A stretch of 35,049 bases of DNA from Reclinomonas americana ATCC 50394 (lineage: Eukaryota). Below the pieces are notes generated by a model. It was not told the origin of the DNA. It saw nothing but the letters and a program-made list of their open reading frames with translations, and searched no databases. The position numbers and the translations under genes were made by a program. Location: contig PS015417.1 of the NCBI GenBank assembly GCA_048213135.1, forward strand, positions 1 through 35,049, read 5' to 3'. This document shows positions 1 through 12,180 of this stretch, one piece after another (position 1 is the stretch's first letter; each line of letters begins with the position of its first letter).

Positions 1-111
1 TTCTCTCCCCCTCTCCCTTCTCATTTCCTCCTCTCCCTCTCCCTTTCCCTTTCCCTCCTCCTTCTCCTTTATCCTCCTCCTTTCCTAACGCCTTCCCTTT
101 CTATGATGTAG

Positions 112-426
112 GTGCTTCAAGAATCACTTCGTGAGCATCGCGAGCGCGAAGCACGCAGCGGCCCACCAGCCGACGCGGCACCGGCTGCCCCGGCCGCACA
201 AGGTGACGCACCGAACGAGATGGCATTCGACGACGACGATGACGAGGCCATGAGAGAGGCACTCGCCATGTCGATTCTCGAAGCAGGCAGCCACGGTGCG
301 GCCGGTGGTGCCAGCGGCCAGGCGCAGCCACCAGCACCAGCATCGGGCATGGATGTGGATGAGGATCCATCGAAGAGCAGCCACTCAGACAGCGACAAGC
401 CACACCCACCACCATCGGCACAATGA
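112..426 (+). CDS. Last exon of a UIM-containing protein, possibly proteasome subunit Rpn10/PSMD4-like (5' part outside window)
   Basis: Polypyrimidine tract and tgtag acceptor at 107-111. Translation contains LQESLREHREREAR and a UIM-like DDDDDEAMREALAMS, ending at TGA 424-426. The Rpn10 assignment is inference from the UIM layout. Confidence 0.55.
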   Translation: MLQESLREHREREARSGPPADAAPAAPAAQGDAPNEMAFDDDDDEAMREALAMSILEAGSHGAAGGASGQAQPPAPASGMDVDEDPSKSSHSDSDKPHPPPSAQ

Positions 427-581
427 GACGCCAAAACGCGCGGGCGCGCAGGTTCTGTGTGCGTCACACACGTGGAGGTGATGAATGTCGGCGACGCCGC
501 ACTGTGCGTGAGCAGTGTAGCGGAGTGGATAAGAATGTGAAGACCACAGTGCATGCACCGATGAGTTGTATTCCGATTGTT

Positions 582-1247
582 TCATAGGCCGAGTGACATG
601 GTGCCGTAGCCCTCCCAGGTGCCGGCACCCGGTTCGTGGTCGTCCATCAGCGTCAAAACGTCGTCCACCGACGTGTGGGCGAACCCTGATTGTGTGTGCA
701 CAGCGGTGAGGACACAGAGAGAGGGAAAGGGTGAATGAAACTTGCAGTCTGAGAAAGAGAACAGAGAAAAACACTCTCAAAAAGAGATACACACTCTCTT
801 GAAAGAAAAGAGAAAGCTCTCTCTTGAAAGAAAAGAGAAGCACACTCTCTGTTGAAAGAAAAGAGAAGCACACTCTCTTGAACGAAAAGAGAAGCACACC
901 CTCTCTAAAAGAGAAGAGAAACACACTCTGGAAGAAAAGAGAAGCACTCTGAAAGAAAAGAGAAACGCTCCAAAGAAGAAACAGTCTCCCTCCCCAAAAG
1001 AGAATAGAAACAGCCCCCCCCCCAAAAAAAAAGAGAGAAGAGAAACAGTCTCTCTCTTAAAGTAAGAAGAAGAACAACGTCTCTCCTCGAAGAACAAGTA
1101 GAGAATACTCTCCTCCTCTCTCTCTCTCTCTGAGTGTACAAGTAGAGAAGTNNNNNNNNNNNNNNNNNNNNACGAACGAACGTACGAGAGTACTACTCCT
1201 CCTCTCTCTCTCTCTCTCGTAGTAGTACAACGTAGTAGAAGTAACTA

Positions 1248-1279
<32 letters not shown>

Positions 1280-4200
1280 CACCTCTCTCTCTCTCTCCAC
1301 CTCTCCCTCTCTCTCTCTTTCTACCTCTCCTCTCCACCTCTCTCTCTCTCTTTCTACCTCTCTCTTCTCTCTCCACTTCTCTCTTTCTGACTCCTTGATC
1401 GAGATCGCACCTGCCGCCGCCGAAGACGACGATCGAGAACGACTGGAGCGTGGTGGCGGCGGCGCGGCTTCGCGCTTGTCTTGACCGAGGAAGAACACAC
1501 CGCCGCGCACAGAGCCGACGGATTTCGCGGCGCTCTTAGGTTTCGGGGTGAGGCCGGCGGCCGCCAATGCCAATGCCGAAGCACTGGCCGAGGATGGCTT
1601 CTTCGACGACGCTTGCTTGCCGCGGGCATTGCGGGCGGCTCGTTGGCGTTTCGGTGGCGGGGCCTGTTCCTCTTCGTCCTCCTCCTCCTCTCCTCCTTGT
1701 CCGTCACCATCGTCATCAGCTCCCTCCAGCTCCACTTGCGGTCTTGCTCCCTTGCCCGCACGACCACGCTTTCGCGACGATCCAGGCTTGCCTTTCCCGG
1801 AACTGAGAGAATTGAGAGACATGGGCGCACACACGAAGCAAGAAGACAAAGAAAGTGTCTACGCAACTCTTGACGGTACTGATTCATGGCGGCGCCGCCC
1901 ACGAGCTTGCGCTTGCCGGTAATGTACGTTCGGCGACCGCCAATCGTGCGCCAGTAGCCTCCTGCTTCACCATGAGTCGCATAGCCACAACCACACATGC
2001 ACGCATCACACGTCATGTGTTGTGGAGTGAAGGGTGAATGAGAAGGAAAGCAAGTCACTGTGTGCGAGAGACAGAGAGAGAATGGGGAGAGGGCTGGAGT
2101 CTCGGAGACTCAGGAGCGAAGCGCACCGAAGTCTTGCACTGCTTACTCTCCCCTTCCCCCCTCACCCCTCCCTTTTTCTTTCCCCTTCCCCTTCAGTCAC
2201 CTTTCTTGGCCGCCCTGCCACCGGCACGACCGCCTCTCGCACGTGGAGCAGCCGCCTGCGCATCGCCATTCTCGTCGTCTGCTTCCTCCACTGCACTCGG
2301 TTAGAGGAATCAGTGTGCGGAACGCAAAGAGACTCCCACAGGTGGACGGCCGACCAACCTTGCGCCTTGGCACGTGACTTGCGCTTCCGTGCCGGCTGCG
2401 CCGCCGGCAGCGAGCGATCGTACATTTCGCGAAAGTTGATGACGGACCCTCGTGCTTGGTCAATCTGCCACACCACAAGCGTGAGGATGCACGAATCCCA
2501 TCACACACACAACACACACACGCATGCACGCAACGGGCACAAATTGTCGCTGATAGCCTTGCGGTGCACCGTTCGTCGTCGGCAGGTCGGTGAGATCCAA
2601 GATTTGTGGTGGTTCCCGCACACGATGCGCGTTGCCGTCATCGTCACCATCCGAAGCACACGAGAGGATCTCGAGGTCGGGAGTCGGCGCGACGGCCCGC
2701 ACAGGCCGCACCTCTTCCTCCTCCAGCGTGACAGTCAGCGGGCGCTTGCCAGTGGTCTTCGCTGCTGCCTTGCTGGGGGCGGCTGTCCTTGTCGTTGTCG
2801 TCGTTGTTGTTGTTGTCGTTGTTGCTTGTCGTTGCGTGCCAAGCCTGCCTCTTGCCCGCCGCGCCGCATCCTGGTCATCCTTATCGTCGTCACTGCTCTC
2901 CCTGTCAAAAACCAAACGGAGTGGCGCGGGAGGCGAGGACGATTGCGACTGCGACTGTGATGGTGACACAATCGCTCGGCTGCGACTCCATGCTGCGACG
3001 AGGATGGGGTGAGAAAGCACGCAAGATTCTCACTTGGCAAAACGCTCGCGTACCGTCATCTTCGTCGTCGTCGTCGTCGTCCTCAGCCTCCTGCTCCTCA
3101 GCGCACTGATCCACGTGTGCATTGATCTCGGCAAGCGGAAAGCGCAGCATGCAGATGGGACACTCTGCGTCGCGTGCCCGCTGCGTACACAGAAGAGTGA
3201 GACGTGTGATGCATGGAGGAGACGGTGGCATGAGAGACGCACAACAGCACGGCGAAACATGTCGGCCACCGACTGACTGGCGACGACTGCCGTTTTTCGG
3301 CGACTGTCGAGAACAGTGAGTGTGTGAGAGAAATGAGTACAAAAGCACTTCCATCCCCACCTGTTGGACTTTGACTCCTGCGAGGACTCGGCTGAGGGGC
3401 TGACACGCGTGGCCGCCGGTGCCGGTGCCTTGGAGATCGCTGTGGTCGAGGTCGTCGTGGTGCTGGTGGAGGTCGTCGTGGAGGTTGCTGAGCGCGGTGA
3501 CGATCGTTTGCTGCGAAGAAGTGACGAGAGTGTCGGTCGTCGTCCAGAGGGACCTTTGTTCATCACACGTCAGCAGGCGACACCACGAAGAGAAAGGAGC
3601 TAGAGATATGTGTCGCAACTGGAGAGCGGCGGTGGCGACGACGGCATGGACACGGGCTTGTTGCTGAGCGGACGCATGGTCATTGGCGTATCGACAGAAT
3701 GATCACCATTGCTGCTGCTGATGCTGTTGATGCAGCTGGTCGAGATCAGCATTCTGCAAGAAGCAAACAGAGAATGACAGAAGGAAACACACACCTGCGC
3801 GACACTGGCGGCACCGGTGAGGCAACCATGGGAGTGCGCGGAGTGGAGGGAGTGAATTTGCGCTGCGGGAAACGGCGAGTGCATGAGCACGCATGAACAA
3901 GAAAGAGACGGCACTGGCGGATGCGCAAACCGTGGATGGTGGTGCTGACGGAGCGCCGACAGCAGGCTGCAGGAGGCAAGAGCAGTGAGTCCGACATTCT
4001 CCTCACGCCGTGTTGGGGAAGAACCCCAACCTTTGGCAGTGGCACTGGTCGATGTCGGAAATCAGCATCGTCGTCGCCATCGTCGTCGTCGTCGGCGTCC
4101 AACACAAACGACAAACGCGGCGCCGTGAAGCACGGAGTGCTGGTGGTCGTCGTGGTAGTGCTGGTCACTGACGGCTTGGGCGGTGGAGGCGACACGAATG

Positions 4201-5892
4201 TCTTGAGCGGGCTGGCCAGTGGCGCTGCCGTTCTGTGTTCCTCTTCCTCTTCCTCTTCCTCTTCCTCGTCGTCCATCAACACACGTCGTTTGCTGTGCAT
4301 TGATGTTAGCAAGTGGCGCCGCCAAAAAGAAGCAGCGACGTGACAGCACGCAACTGCGACGAAGAAGGCGGTGGAGGCGAGTCGCCGATCACCAGCTTCA
4401 GTGGCACCACCTCGGCCTCGTACTGATCGGCCACCATCCAGCGCGGAACAACCACAGGTGAGTTGGACTTGCGTCGCACAATGTTCTCGTGGTCGGCGAA
4501 GAAGGAGACCTGCCCGTCCTGTGGGAGGGAGGGGGAAAGGGGAAAGGGGAGAGGGAGAGGGGAAGGATAAGTGAGGGAGGGAGAGAGAGAGAGAAGAGAG
4601 GGGCGAGAGTGAGTGAGAACGAGTGTGCATGTGAGTGAGTTGGCGAGGCAGACGAGAGAGAGAGAGAGAGAGAGGTAGATACAGAGAGACATCGGAGGGA
4701 GGAAGGCAAGAGACGAGAGGGGAATGTGTGAGAGGGAGGAAAAAAGAGAGAGAAAGAGAGAACGTAGGCAATCACTGTTGCTTTCCCCCTGTCTCTGCAT
4801 GCGTGCGTGAGAGAGAGTGAGGGAGAGAGGGGTGGAGTGGGAGAAGGAGAGAGAGAGAGAGTGAGGAAGGAGGAGGACGGGGAGGAAAGTGAGAGAATAG
4901 GAGAAAAGAGCGAGAAAGAGGGCAATCACTGCTGCTCTCCCTCTCTCTCTCTCCGCATGCGTACGTGAGAGAGACAGAGGCAGAAACAGAGACGAGACGG
5001 AGACTGACAGAGAGAGAGAGAGAGAGAGAGAGANNNNNNNNNNNNNNNNNNNNTCGCACGCCACACGAGTCACCCCACCGCTGTGCACCACTCTCCACTT
5101 GTACCTCTCGGCCCTCGTGGCTGTGATCAAGTGTAGTATCTGTTCTACCCAGATTAACCTCTGGGTGCCACGCTCCCAAAAGCGTGGTCACTAGAATGTT
5201 AGCCTAATTTCTCACCCCCCGGGGTTCCCTCGTACTGTTGGAGAGTCGGCTTGCCGACGTCTCTCGAGGGATGGGGTGTTCCTCTTATTGCACCCGTCGA
5301 GAGGATACGCCCTGCCCAAACCCCACCATAAACAACTCTGAAAACGAAAAACATGCTGAAGGGAAGCAACCTCTCTCCCGCTCTCTATCTGCATCTCTCT
5401 TTGAGTCTTTTCATGCAACTCTAGCATGGAAGCCTCTCTCTCACACACACACTCTGTCGCTCTCTCCTGTACAACATATGGGTGTGACAACAAACCTGGC
5501 CTCTGAGAGCTGAACACGCGCTTCGAGCGACTGGAAGCCCTGGCGCAGCTCGTCAAGGACAGCCTGGAGCCAAGCCTGCAGCTCGCCACGTATCTCAGCA
5601 CGCAGCCCACCCAACAGCTCAACGACATCCTCACGGGTTGCCGCCATTTCTCGCCGTCTGTCAGGTCGGAGGAGAACAGGACCTTGTCCGGGGGGTTTAC
5701 AGCACCCGAAGGTCAGAAGCCACAGAGAGAGAGAGAGAGAGAGAGAGAGAATAGAGAGAAGCGAGGGGACGAGGTCGTTCCCGTCCGGCAGCTGACCACC
5801 CGCAGTTGTCAACAACTACATAATCAGACAAAAGCCTATCACGTACGGTCATAAATTGACAACTTGACTCATNNNNNNNNNNNNNNNNNNNN

Positions 5893-5934
<42 letters not shown>

Positions 5935-6031
5935 GAGTGTGTGAGTGAGTGAGTGTGTGCAGTGAGGAAGTGCATGTCTCTGTGTAACCTTTGATCACAG
6001 GAGCGCGTCGTACACCACTCGCACTCGCCAT
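582..6031 (-). CDS. Large multi-exon, mostly low-complexity protein with a UBZ4 (Rad18-type) zinc finger; putative DNA-repair scaffold
   Basis: CPICMLRFPLAEINAHVDQC at about 3102-3165. In-frame GT-AG joins include 4354->4292, 1867->about 1802 and 1410->685. The last exon reads GFAHTSVDDVLTLMDDHEPGAGTWEGYGTMSLGL* (TGA 584-582). A compact motif GYWRTIGGRRTYITGKRKLVGGAAMNQYRQ lies at about 1868-1960. The 5' exons (start 6031, or alternatively MAATRE near 5648) are less certain. Confidence 0.6.
760..1110. repeat. Degenerate ~25-bp minisatellite (GAAAGAAAAGAGAAGCACACTCTCTT) in the last intron of the UBZ4 gene
   Basis: Successive imperfect copies are directly visible at 801-970, with more degenerate flanks. 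Confidence 0.75.
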
Positions 6032-6051
6032 CTCTTGCAATTAGTGATCAG

Positions 6052-6063
6052 TTGGCGCGAAAA
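6052..6063 (-). promoter_or_regulatory. E2F-type site TTTTCGCGCCAA in a 93-bp bidirectional promoter
   Basis: Plus strand ttggcgcgaaaa matches the TTTSSCGC consensus and sits about 20 bp upstream of the predicted UBZ4-gene ATG (6031). Confidence 0.45.
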
Positions 6064-6124
6064 TTTACTCTCCTTCGTCCTTCACCACCGATTCTCCTGC
6101 CCTTCTCCCGCGCGCGCGCCAACA

Positions 6125-7461
6125 ATGGCGAGTCGACGCGCACACCCGTCGTCCCCATCCTCCTCCTCCTCTGCCGATGACACCGTGGGACAGTCGACAG
6201 TGACTGCTGCTGCTCCCTCGCGCCCACGATCGCGTGCAGCGACGCCCGCGATCGAGTACTGGAAGGGTGGCACTCTGGCACTGGTGGGACCCGCGGGCTC
6301 GGGCAAGACCAGCGTTCTTAATCGGTTGTTGTTGAGGCCTCCGGTTGGCGCCTTTGATCCACGACACAAGATCCACACAGAGTTGCGTGCTGCGCTGAGC
6401 TTCTTTCGTTATTGTACGTGGTGCTGACTGCTGTGGTCAAACAGGGTACTGCCGATGCGTGTTCGTTGGTGCTTTGTTGGTCTCACTGGCGATTGTCGTC
6501 GCAGAGTGAGCCGTTTGTGATCTGCGAGAGAGTGAGTTGTCTGTGTCGTATGTTTGTCTCTAACAAGTCATGGTGAGGGCAGCGTGTATGAAGCACCACG
6601 TCACGATCGATGCACCCAACGGGCAGGAGATCGCCTTTGAGGTGCGGCGAGTCTTTTTGTTGTTCTGCTGTGCCGCTCTTTTTGATCTGATGTGTCGATC
6701 AGCTGCGTGAGATCCCTGGCGTGAGTCCCAAGAGCAAGCCCGGCGAGCCGCAGTTTGGCTACTCGATCCCGGAGCTGCGCATGATCTTTGAGGGTTCGTG
6801 CCTCCGTCAGCAGCGCAGTGCAGCCCCCATCGCTGACTGCGAAACAGATGGTCCACAGGTCGACGCCTGCATCCTGTTCCTGGACCGCTCCGATGTCGAC
6901 AGCGTTCGAGTTCTGCCCCCGTCTACGCCTATTTCACTACGCACTCCACATTGCTCACTCGCTGAGGATCGCGCAGAGCACCGTCCAGTGGGCCCAATTG
7001 GTGCGTCTCGTCAATGCCGACATGCCGATCTTCCTCTTCACCACCAAGGTGAGATCGATGCACACCATCGGCACGTCACATGCGCGACCTCACCCTGTGC
7101 CCCCTTGTCTGTGTGCAGACCGAATCTGCGAACTTCTCCATCGATCTCGAGGAGTGGACACGACCGCGCAAGACACCCGTCAGCGGGCGCGGTGCAGTGG
7201 CACAGGTCATTGATGCGTGGGAGATTGAATGCAACCCGCGCGACGAGACCATCCTCAATCGCAGCCGCAACAGCATCATCACGGCGCTGCGTGGCGTCTC
7301 CAATGTTGCGCACACGCACGCACCTCTTTCTCCTCATGCACTCACTCGTTACCGCCACACAGATCCTCTCGCGAGAGCGAGTCGAACTCGCACCCGAGGG
7401 AACCCTCGGACTGACCGAGGCCGAGGAGAACCCGCCGCCGCAAAAGAAATCGTGCTGCTGA
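6125..7461 (+). CDS. Divergent Ras-superfamily small GTPase with C-terminal CC (Rab-like prenylation)
   Basis: P-loop LVGPAGSGKTS; G3-equivalent LREIPG; VDACILFLDRSD; G4-equivalent IFLFTTK|TE; ends KKSCC*. About 8 introns; exon structure at 6382-6582 is ambiguous. Confidence 0.75.
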
Positions 7462-7575
7462 TGGTATCACCTGGTACTCCATCATTCTTGCAATCTCTCA
7501 AAATGCGCACCAATACAATGTTTCCTCACGCCTTCCGTCTCCTCTTTCTATCCCATCCACGACGGTGGTGCCGTC

Positions 7576-10500
7576 TCACCACCGCAGACCGAGTCGCCAC
7601 ACCTGCGGTTGGAGGTGTGAGCTGATGCAAGTCCATCTCGTCACCGTCGTTCAGTCTCTCTCAGTCCGCCTCTCCCTCAGTCTCTCTCTCAGTTTCTCTC
7701 AGTTTCTCAGTCTTTACATATCTCTCTAAGTCTTCGTAATCCCTCTCCGTCTATCTCTCTCTCCAAGCCTCTCAGAGAGAGAGAATAGGAGAAAGAGTCT
7801 GAAAGAGAGAAGGCTAGAGAGAGACACACACAGAGAATGAGAAAGAGTCTCAGAACCATTCTCTACTTCTCTCTTAGTCGCTCTAAGTCTATGTCTCTCT
7901 CAGTCTCTTAGTCCCCCTCAGTCTCTTTCTCTTTTTTCTCTCTCAGTCCCCTCAGTCTCTCTCTCATTCTCTCGCTTCCCTTCTCCCTCCCTCTCCCTCT
8001 CCCTCTCCCTTTCCCCCTCTCCCTCCCCCTCCCCCTCCCCCTCTCAGTCCTCTCAGTTCTCTCTCATTCTCTCTCTCTCTCAGTCCCAAAGTCCCTCTCT
8101 CTCATCCTCTCCTCCCCTCTCCTCTCCTCTCCTCTCCTCTCCTCTCCTTCTCTCTCATTCTCTCTCATTCTCTCTCTCACAGTCCTCTCCTCCCCTCTCC
8201 CTCTCTCCTCTCCTCTCCCTCTTCCCTCTCCCTCTCCCTCTCCCTCTTCCCTCTTTCCTCTTCCCTCTTCCCTCTCCCTCTTATCCTTCTCCCTCTCCCT
8301 CTCCCTCTCCCTCTCCCCTCTCCCTCTCCCTCTCCCTCTCTGTCACAGTTCTCACCTTGATCGACTTGTCGCTCGAGGCCGTGACCAGAAGCGTGCCGAT
8401 TCGCACAAAATCATTAATCGCCTTGGTGTGCGCCTGACATGTGTCGACGCACACCAGCGTGTTTGTGTCCCACAGCTGCAACACCGACATGAGCACACAC
8501 GTAAGACCGCACTTGCGTGACAAGACGCACCTTGACTTCACCGCCCTTGGAGCCACTGATGAGCATGTCGTGCTCCGGGTACGAGGAGAGCGCCGTCACC
8601 CAGTCGTCGTGTGCCTTGAAGCTCTCCGTGTTCTCGTACGAGACGCCATCCCACTCTTTGATGTGCAAATCGCGCGATGAGGTGTACATGGCACCGCTGC
8701 ACAGCGCCAGATCGGTGACCGCGTCGTAGTGTGGCGGGTGAAAGCTGGCGTACTCCTCCAGCGACTGGTCGTCCCACAGCTGCCAATCGATCACGCACGG
8801 CTCAGCATCACGAGTGCGTCGTCGTCCATACACAACAACAACAGCTACAAACCTTCACATGGTGATCGCGAGACACCGTTACCAGCAGATGGTCGGAGAA
8901 TCCCATCGAAAACACCGTGGACGTGTGTGCCGTCTTGACGGTCACCAGTGTCTCCAGCGTCGTGGCATTCGACATTTTCACGCAGCCATCGTCGCCTGCC
9001 AAACACTCGTGTAAGTCATCCATCCATCACCCTCGGAACACTTCCTCCCGCTGGCGGACTCACTGGCCGAGTACAGTCGCCCGCCACACTCGAGAATCGC
9101 CGTGACACCCTTCCGATGCGCCGTGACTGTGGCCAGACACTCAAAGGTGACCAAGCTCCACATCTGCGCGCACACACCGGACCGATGAGAATACGAACTT
9201 GTCTGCGTGCATTTGCAGGTGCACACGAAACTCGAATCATGCGGTCCTCGCCACCCGTGTAGAATCGCTTCACCTCGCCGTCCGTGTTGACACACGTGCA
9301 CAGGGCCGGTCCGTCGTGTGCCTGCATCGTCTTGATGCACTTTAACCGTGCCAAATCCCACAGCTGTTTGGCAATGCGATGAGCAGTCCGTCGAAATCAA
9401 CAACAACGAGGGGAAGTCCTTGCGACGCAACTCGAGCCTGTCCATCGAGCGCGACGCTAATCAGCGTCTCGTCGTACACGTCCAACTGCATCACGAAACC
9501 TGTGTGACCGGCCAGCACGCCCACCAACCGCATCGACTCGGACCCCTCCTGTCCATTCAGTGGATCCTGCTCGCGTACGTACGGCTTGCCAAATAGTCTC
9601 ACGGTCTGCGTGGCATTGAGTGAGAAAGGAGACGACTAGAGAGAGACACATATGCATCCCGACTCCCAGTCGCACCCGCTTGGTCGTGTACTTGACATTC
9701 TCTCGCATCTGATCCGAAATCATGCGACGCTGCGTTGCGTTCTCGTCACACATCACGCGAAAAGCACAGAGAGACACGCTTGCACAAGTGACTCACCTTT
9801 TGCGACACTGCTCGCCGCCGTCGGGCGCCCTCGCTCTCGTAGCCCATGACCTCCCGGGCCGCGGACTCGTCGAGTGCCAGCGTGACGCGGCCGGGGGGAC
9901 CACTGAGCCGGCGCGGTTCGTACTCGCCAAAGGAGCCCGACAGCGCCGGGCTGGTGGGCGAGAACGACGACATGCTCAGCGGCGCAATCGGCGTGTCCGC
10001 CGAACTGGCTCGCCCACCACTGGCCACAAACGCCGACCACATGGGCCGTGCCAGCGAATTGTAATCGGTAGGTGGTGGCGCACTGGCCACCTGCCGCATC
10101 ATCGTCGCCGACGACCCCGGCCCGAAGCGCGACTCGGTGTAGTTGCTAAAGTGACCGCCGGGTTGCTGCAGCGCATTGAAAAGGTGAGAATCACGCTCGT
10201 CTACCCTCTGCCCTTCACAGCCTCGCGCAACTCGAATGACAGTGGTGGTGCCAGCAATGCTACTGCGCAACAGCGGCCGCGCACTGGACGGCGACGAGTC
10301 CACGAACGGCACATGCATGTCGTCCGCCAGCGTCGACGACGACGACCCCGCAGCAACGCTGGTTCGCGGCCGCGGTGGCGGCGGCAAGCTCTTGCGCGAC
10401 ACTACAAACAAACAGAGAGTCAAACGCCAGCGCCTCTCCCCCGCGCTGCAATCGCACACACACCTCCGTCGGGCGAGTTCGGCGCCATGTCACCGGCCAG

Positions 10501-11092
10501 GTAATACGGCGACGGGAGCGACGGCTGCCCGACGCCGCCCACTCGACTGTGATGATGCAGCTGCTGGCGCTGATGATGATGATGATGCGATGCCACGCTG
10601 GAGCTCAGATCGGCGATTCGCAACGCCGCCGATGCCACTGCATCATCAGTCGCTGTCTCTGTATGCAGACGGAGAAATCATCAGTCATCTCTTCTGTGCA
10701 CACACACAGCGATGCAGATCGGTCGCTCACCAGCAACACCCGCAGTCGACACAATGGAGATGCGTGCGCCATCGTGCCTGTGCACCAGGTGAGCACTCAC
10801 ACGCTGCACTCCTTCTTCACATCTCATCTCTCACGCAACAGTTGCGACATGGTCTCCAGCGCAAACGACTCACTGGCAAAGCGCGGGTGCGCCACCATAA
10901 TCACCTCATCGGCCTGCACACCAAGCTGCGCACGAAGCTGTGCAGGAGTCGCTGCAGTCACCTCGCGACACACCTGTTTTCCCCGACAATGAGAGAGAGA
11001 GAAAGAGAGACGCACGCGCGTGCTCTGGTGGGCATGGGACGCAGACGCACCTGTGCGCGACCAGGGAACGTCACAAACAGCGTGAGACTCAT
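7576..11092 (-). CDS. WD40-repeat protein (about 7 C-terminal repeats, KIF21-like) with a Ser/Pro-rich middle region
   Basis: Exon 1 is MSLTLFVTFPGRAQ|gtgcgt. Repeats include LAGHTGFVMQLDV, QAHDGPALC, TAHRKGVTAI, TAHTSTVFSM, PPHYDAVTDL..SSRDLHIKEWD, KAHDDWVTAL and QAHTKAINDF..ASSDKSIK. The last exon is VWRLGLRW* at 7602-7576. Confidence 0.85.
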
Positions 11093-11154
11093 GTCACACG
11101 CGCGCAAGCAACACACAGTCAGTCGATTCGCGTGTTCGTTCTTTGTGTTGTGCG

Positions 11155-12074
11155 ATGAGTGGCAAGGCAGGTCTCACTCTGATCGGGCGGTACGCGTCGC
11201 CGTTTGTGCGACGTGTCGGCTTCACACTGCATCACTTCAACGTGCCTTTCCAGCACGTTTCGTTGGCCACTGCAGGTGCCGATCGCGGAACCATTCTGTT
11301 GCGATCTGTGCCTGCCTGCCTGCCTCTCTGTGTGCTGCAGTTTGCTCACCTGCTGTGCAGTCAGCATAACCCCATGGGACGCGTGCCGGCGCTGCAGCTG
11401 GAGAGCGGGGAGTATCTGGTCGATTCGCAGGCGATTGTTGACTATCTCGACGAGGTCGGTGGTGTCGTCCCTCGTGTTCGATGTTGTGCTGAGTGCCTCG
11501 CTGAGTGTGCTGGTACAGGTGTACGCGCCTCCATCGGGACGCCTGCTGCCGCGAGAGGGCGAGTCGCGTCGGCGTGTCATGCAGAGCGTGGTGACGGCGA
11601 CCACGGCGATGGACAAGAGTTCGTGAGCTCCTTTCCTTCGTTCTCTCACTCCTCCCGCTCACTGCTGCCCCTCGTCGCACAGCGGTGGCGGCGTTCTACG
11701 AGGCCGCGCGCAGACCAGCGCAGTACGTGTATCCGGCGTGGGTGGCGCAGTGCACGGAGCAGGTTCACACTGCGCTGCAACGTGCGTTGTTTCGCTCCGT
11801 CTCCACTCGTGCGGCAGTGTGCTGAGTGAGTGTCCTCCTTTTCGCAGTGCTGGATCGCGAGGCGGAGCGTGCTGGAGCCGGCTCCTTCCTGCACGGCGAT
11901 CGGCTGACGCACGCCGACGTGGCCGCCGTGCTGGCGCTCGACTTTACGCGACACATTCACGCCACGAACGCGACCGCGCTGCCGCAGTTGGCCGACCTGC
12001 CATTCAAGCATCTCGACTTCCTGCGCGACCGTGCCTACGGAGAGAGTCGTGCGTTTGCAGCCACGAAGCCGTGA
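11155..12074 (+). CDS. Glutathione S-transferase family protein (bacterial YibF-like), 5 exons
   Basis: LIGRYASPFVRRV, NPMGRVPAL, LVDSQAIVDYLDE and C-domain FLHGDRLTHADVA. Four GT-AG introns join in frame. Confidence 0.9.
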
Positions 12075-12180
12075 GCTCCTCCTGTGTCAAGGAGAGAAGA
12101 GAACGCCGTCGTCGTAATCGTCGTCGTCGGCAGTAACCCACTCAATTGTAATACTCATTCCAGTACTAGCGCTGCAGTGC

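Noticed and set aside
4296-4310. Two separate genes with a stop at 4306 and an ATG at 4300
   Set aside because: A short intron (GTTGCG at 4354, ctaac branch point, cag acceptor at 4295-4293) joins both parts in frame.
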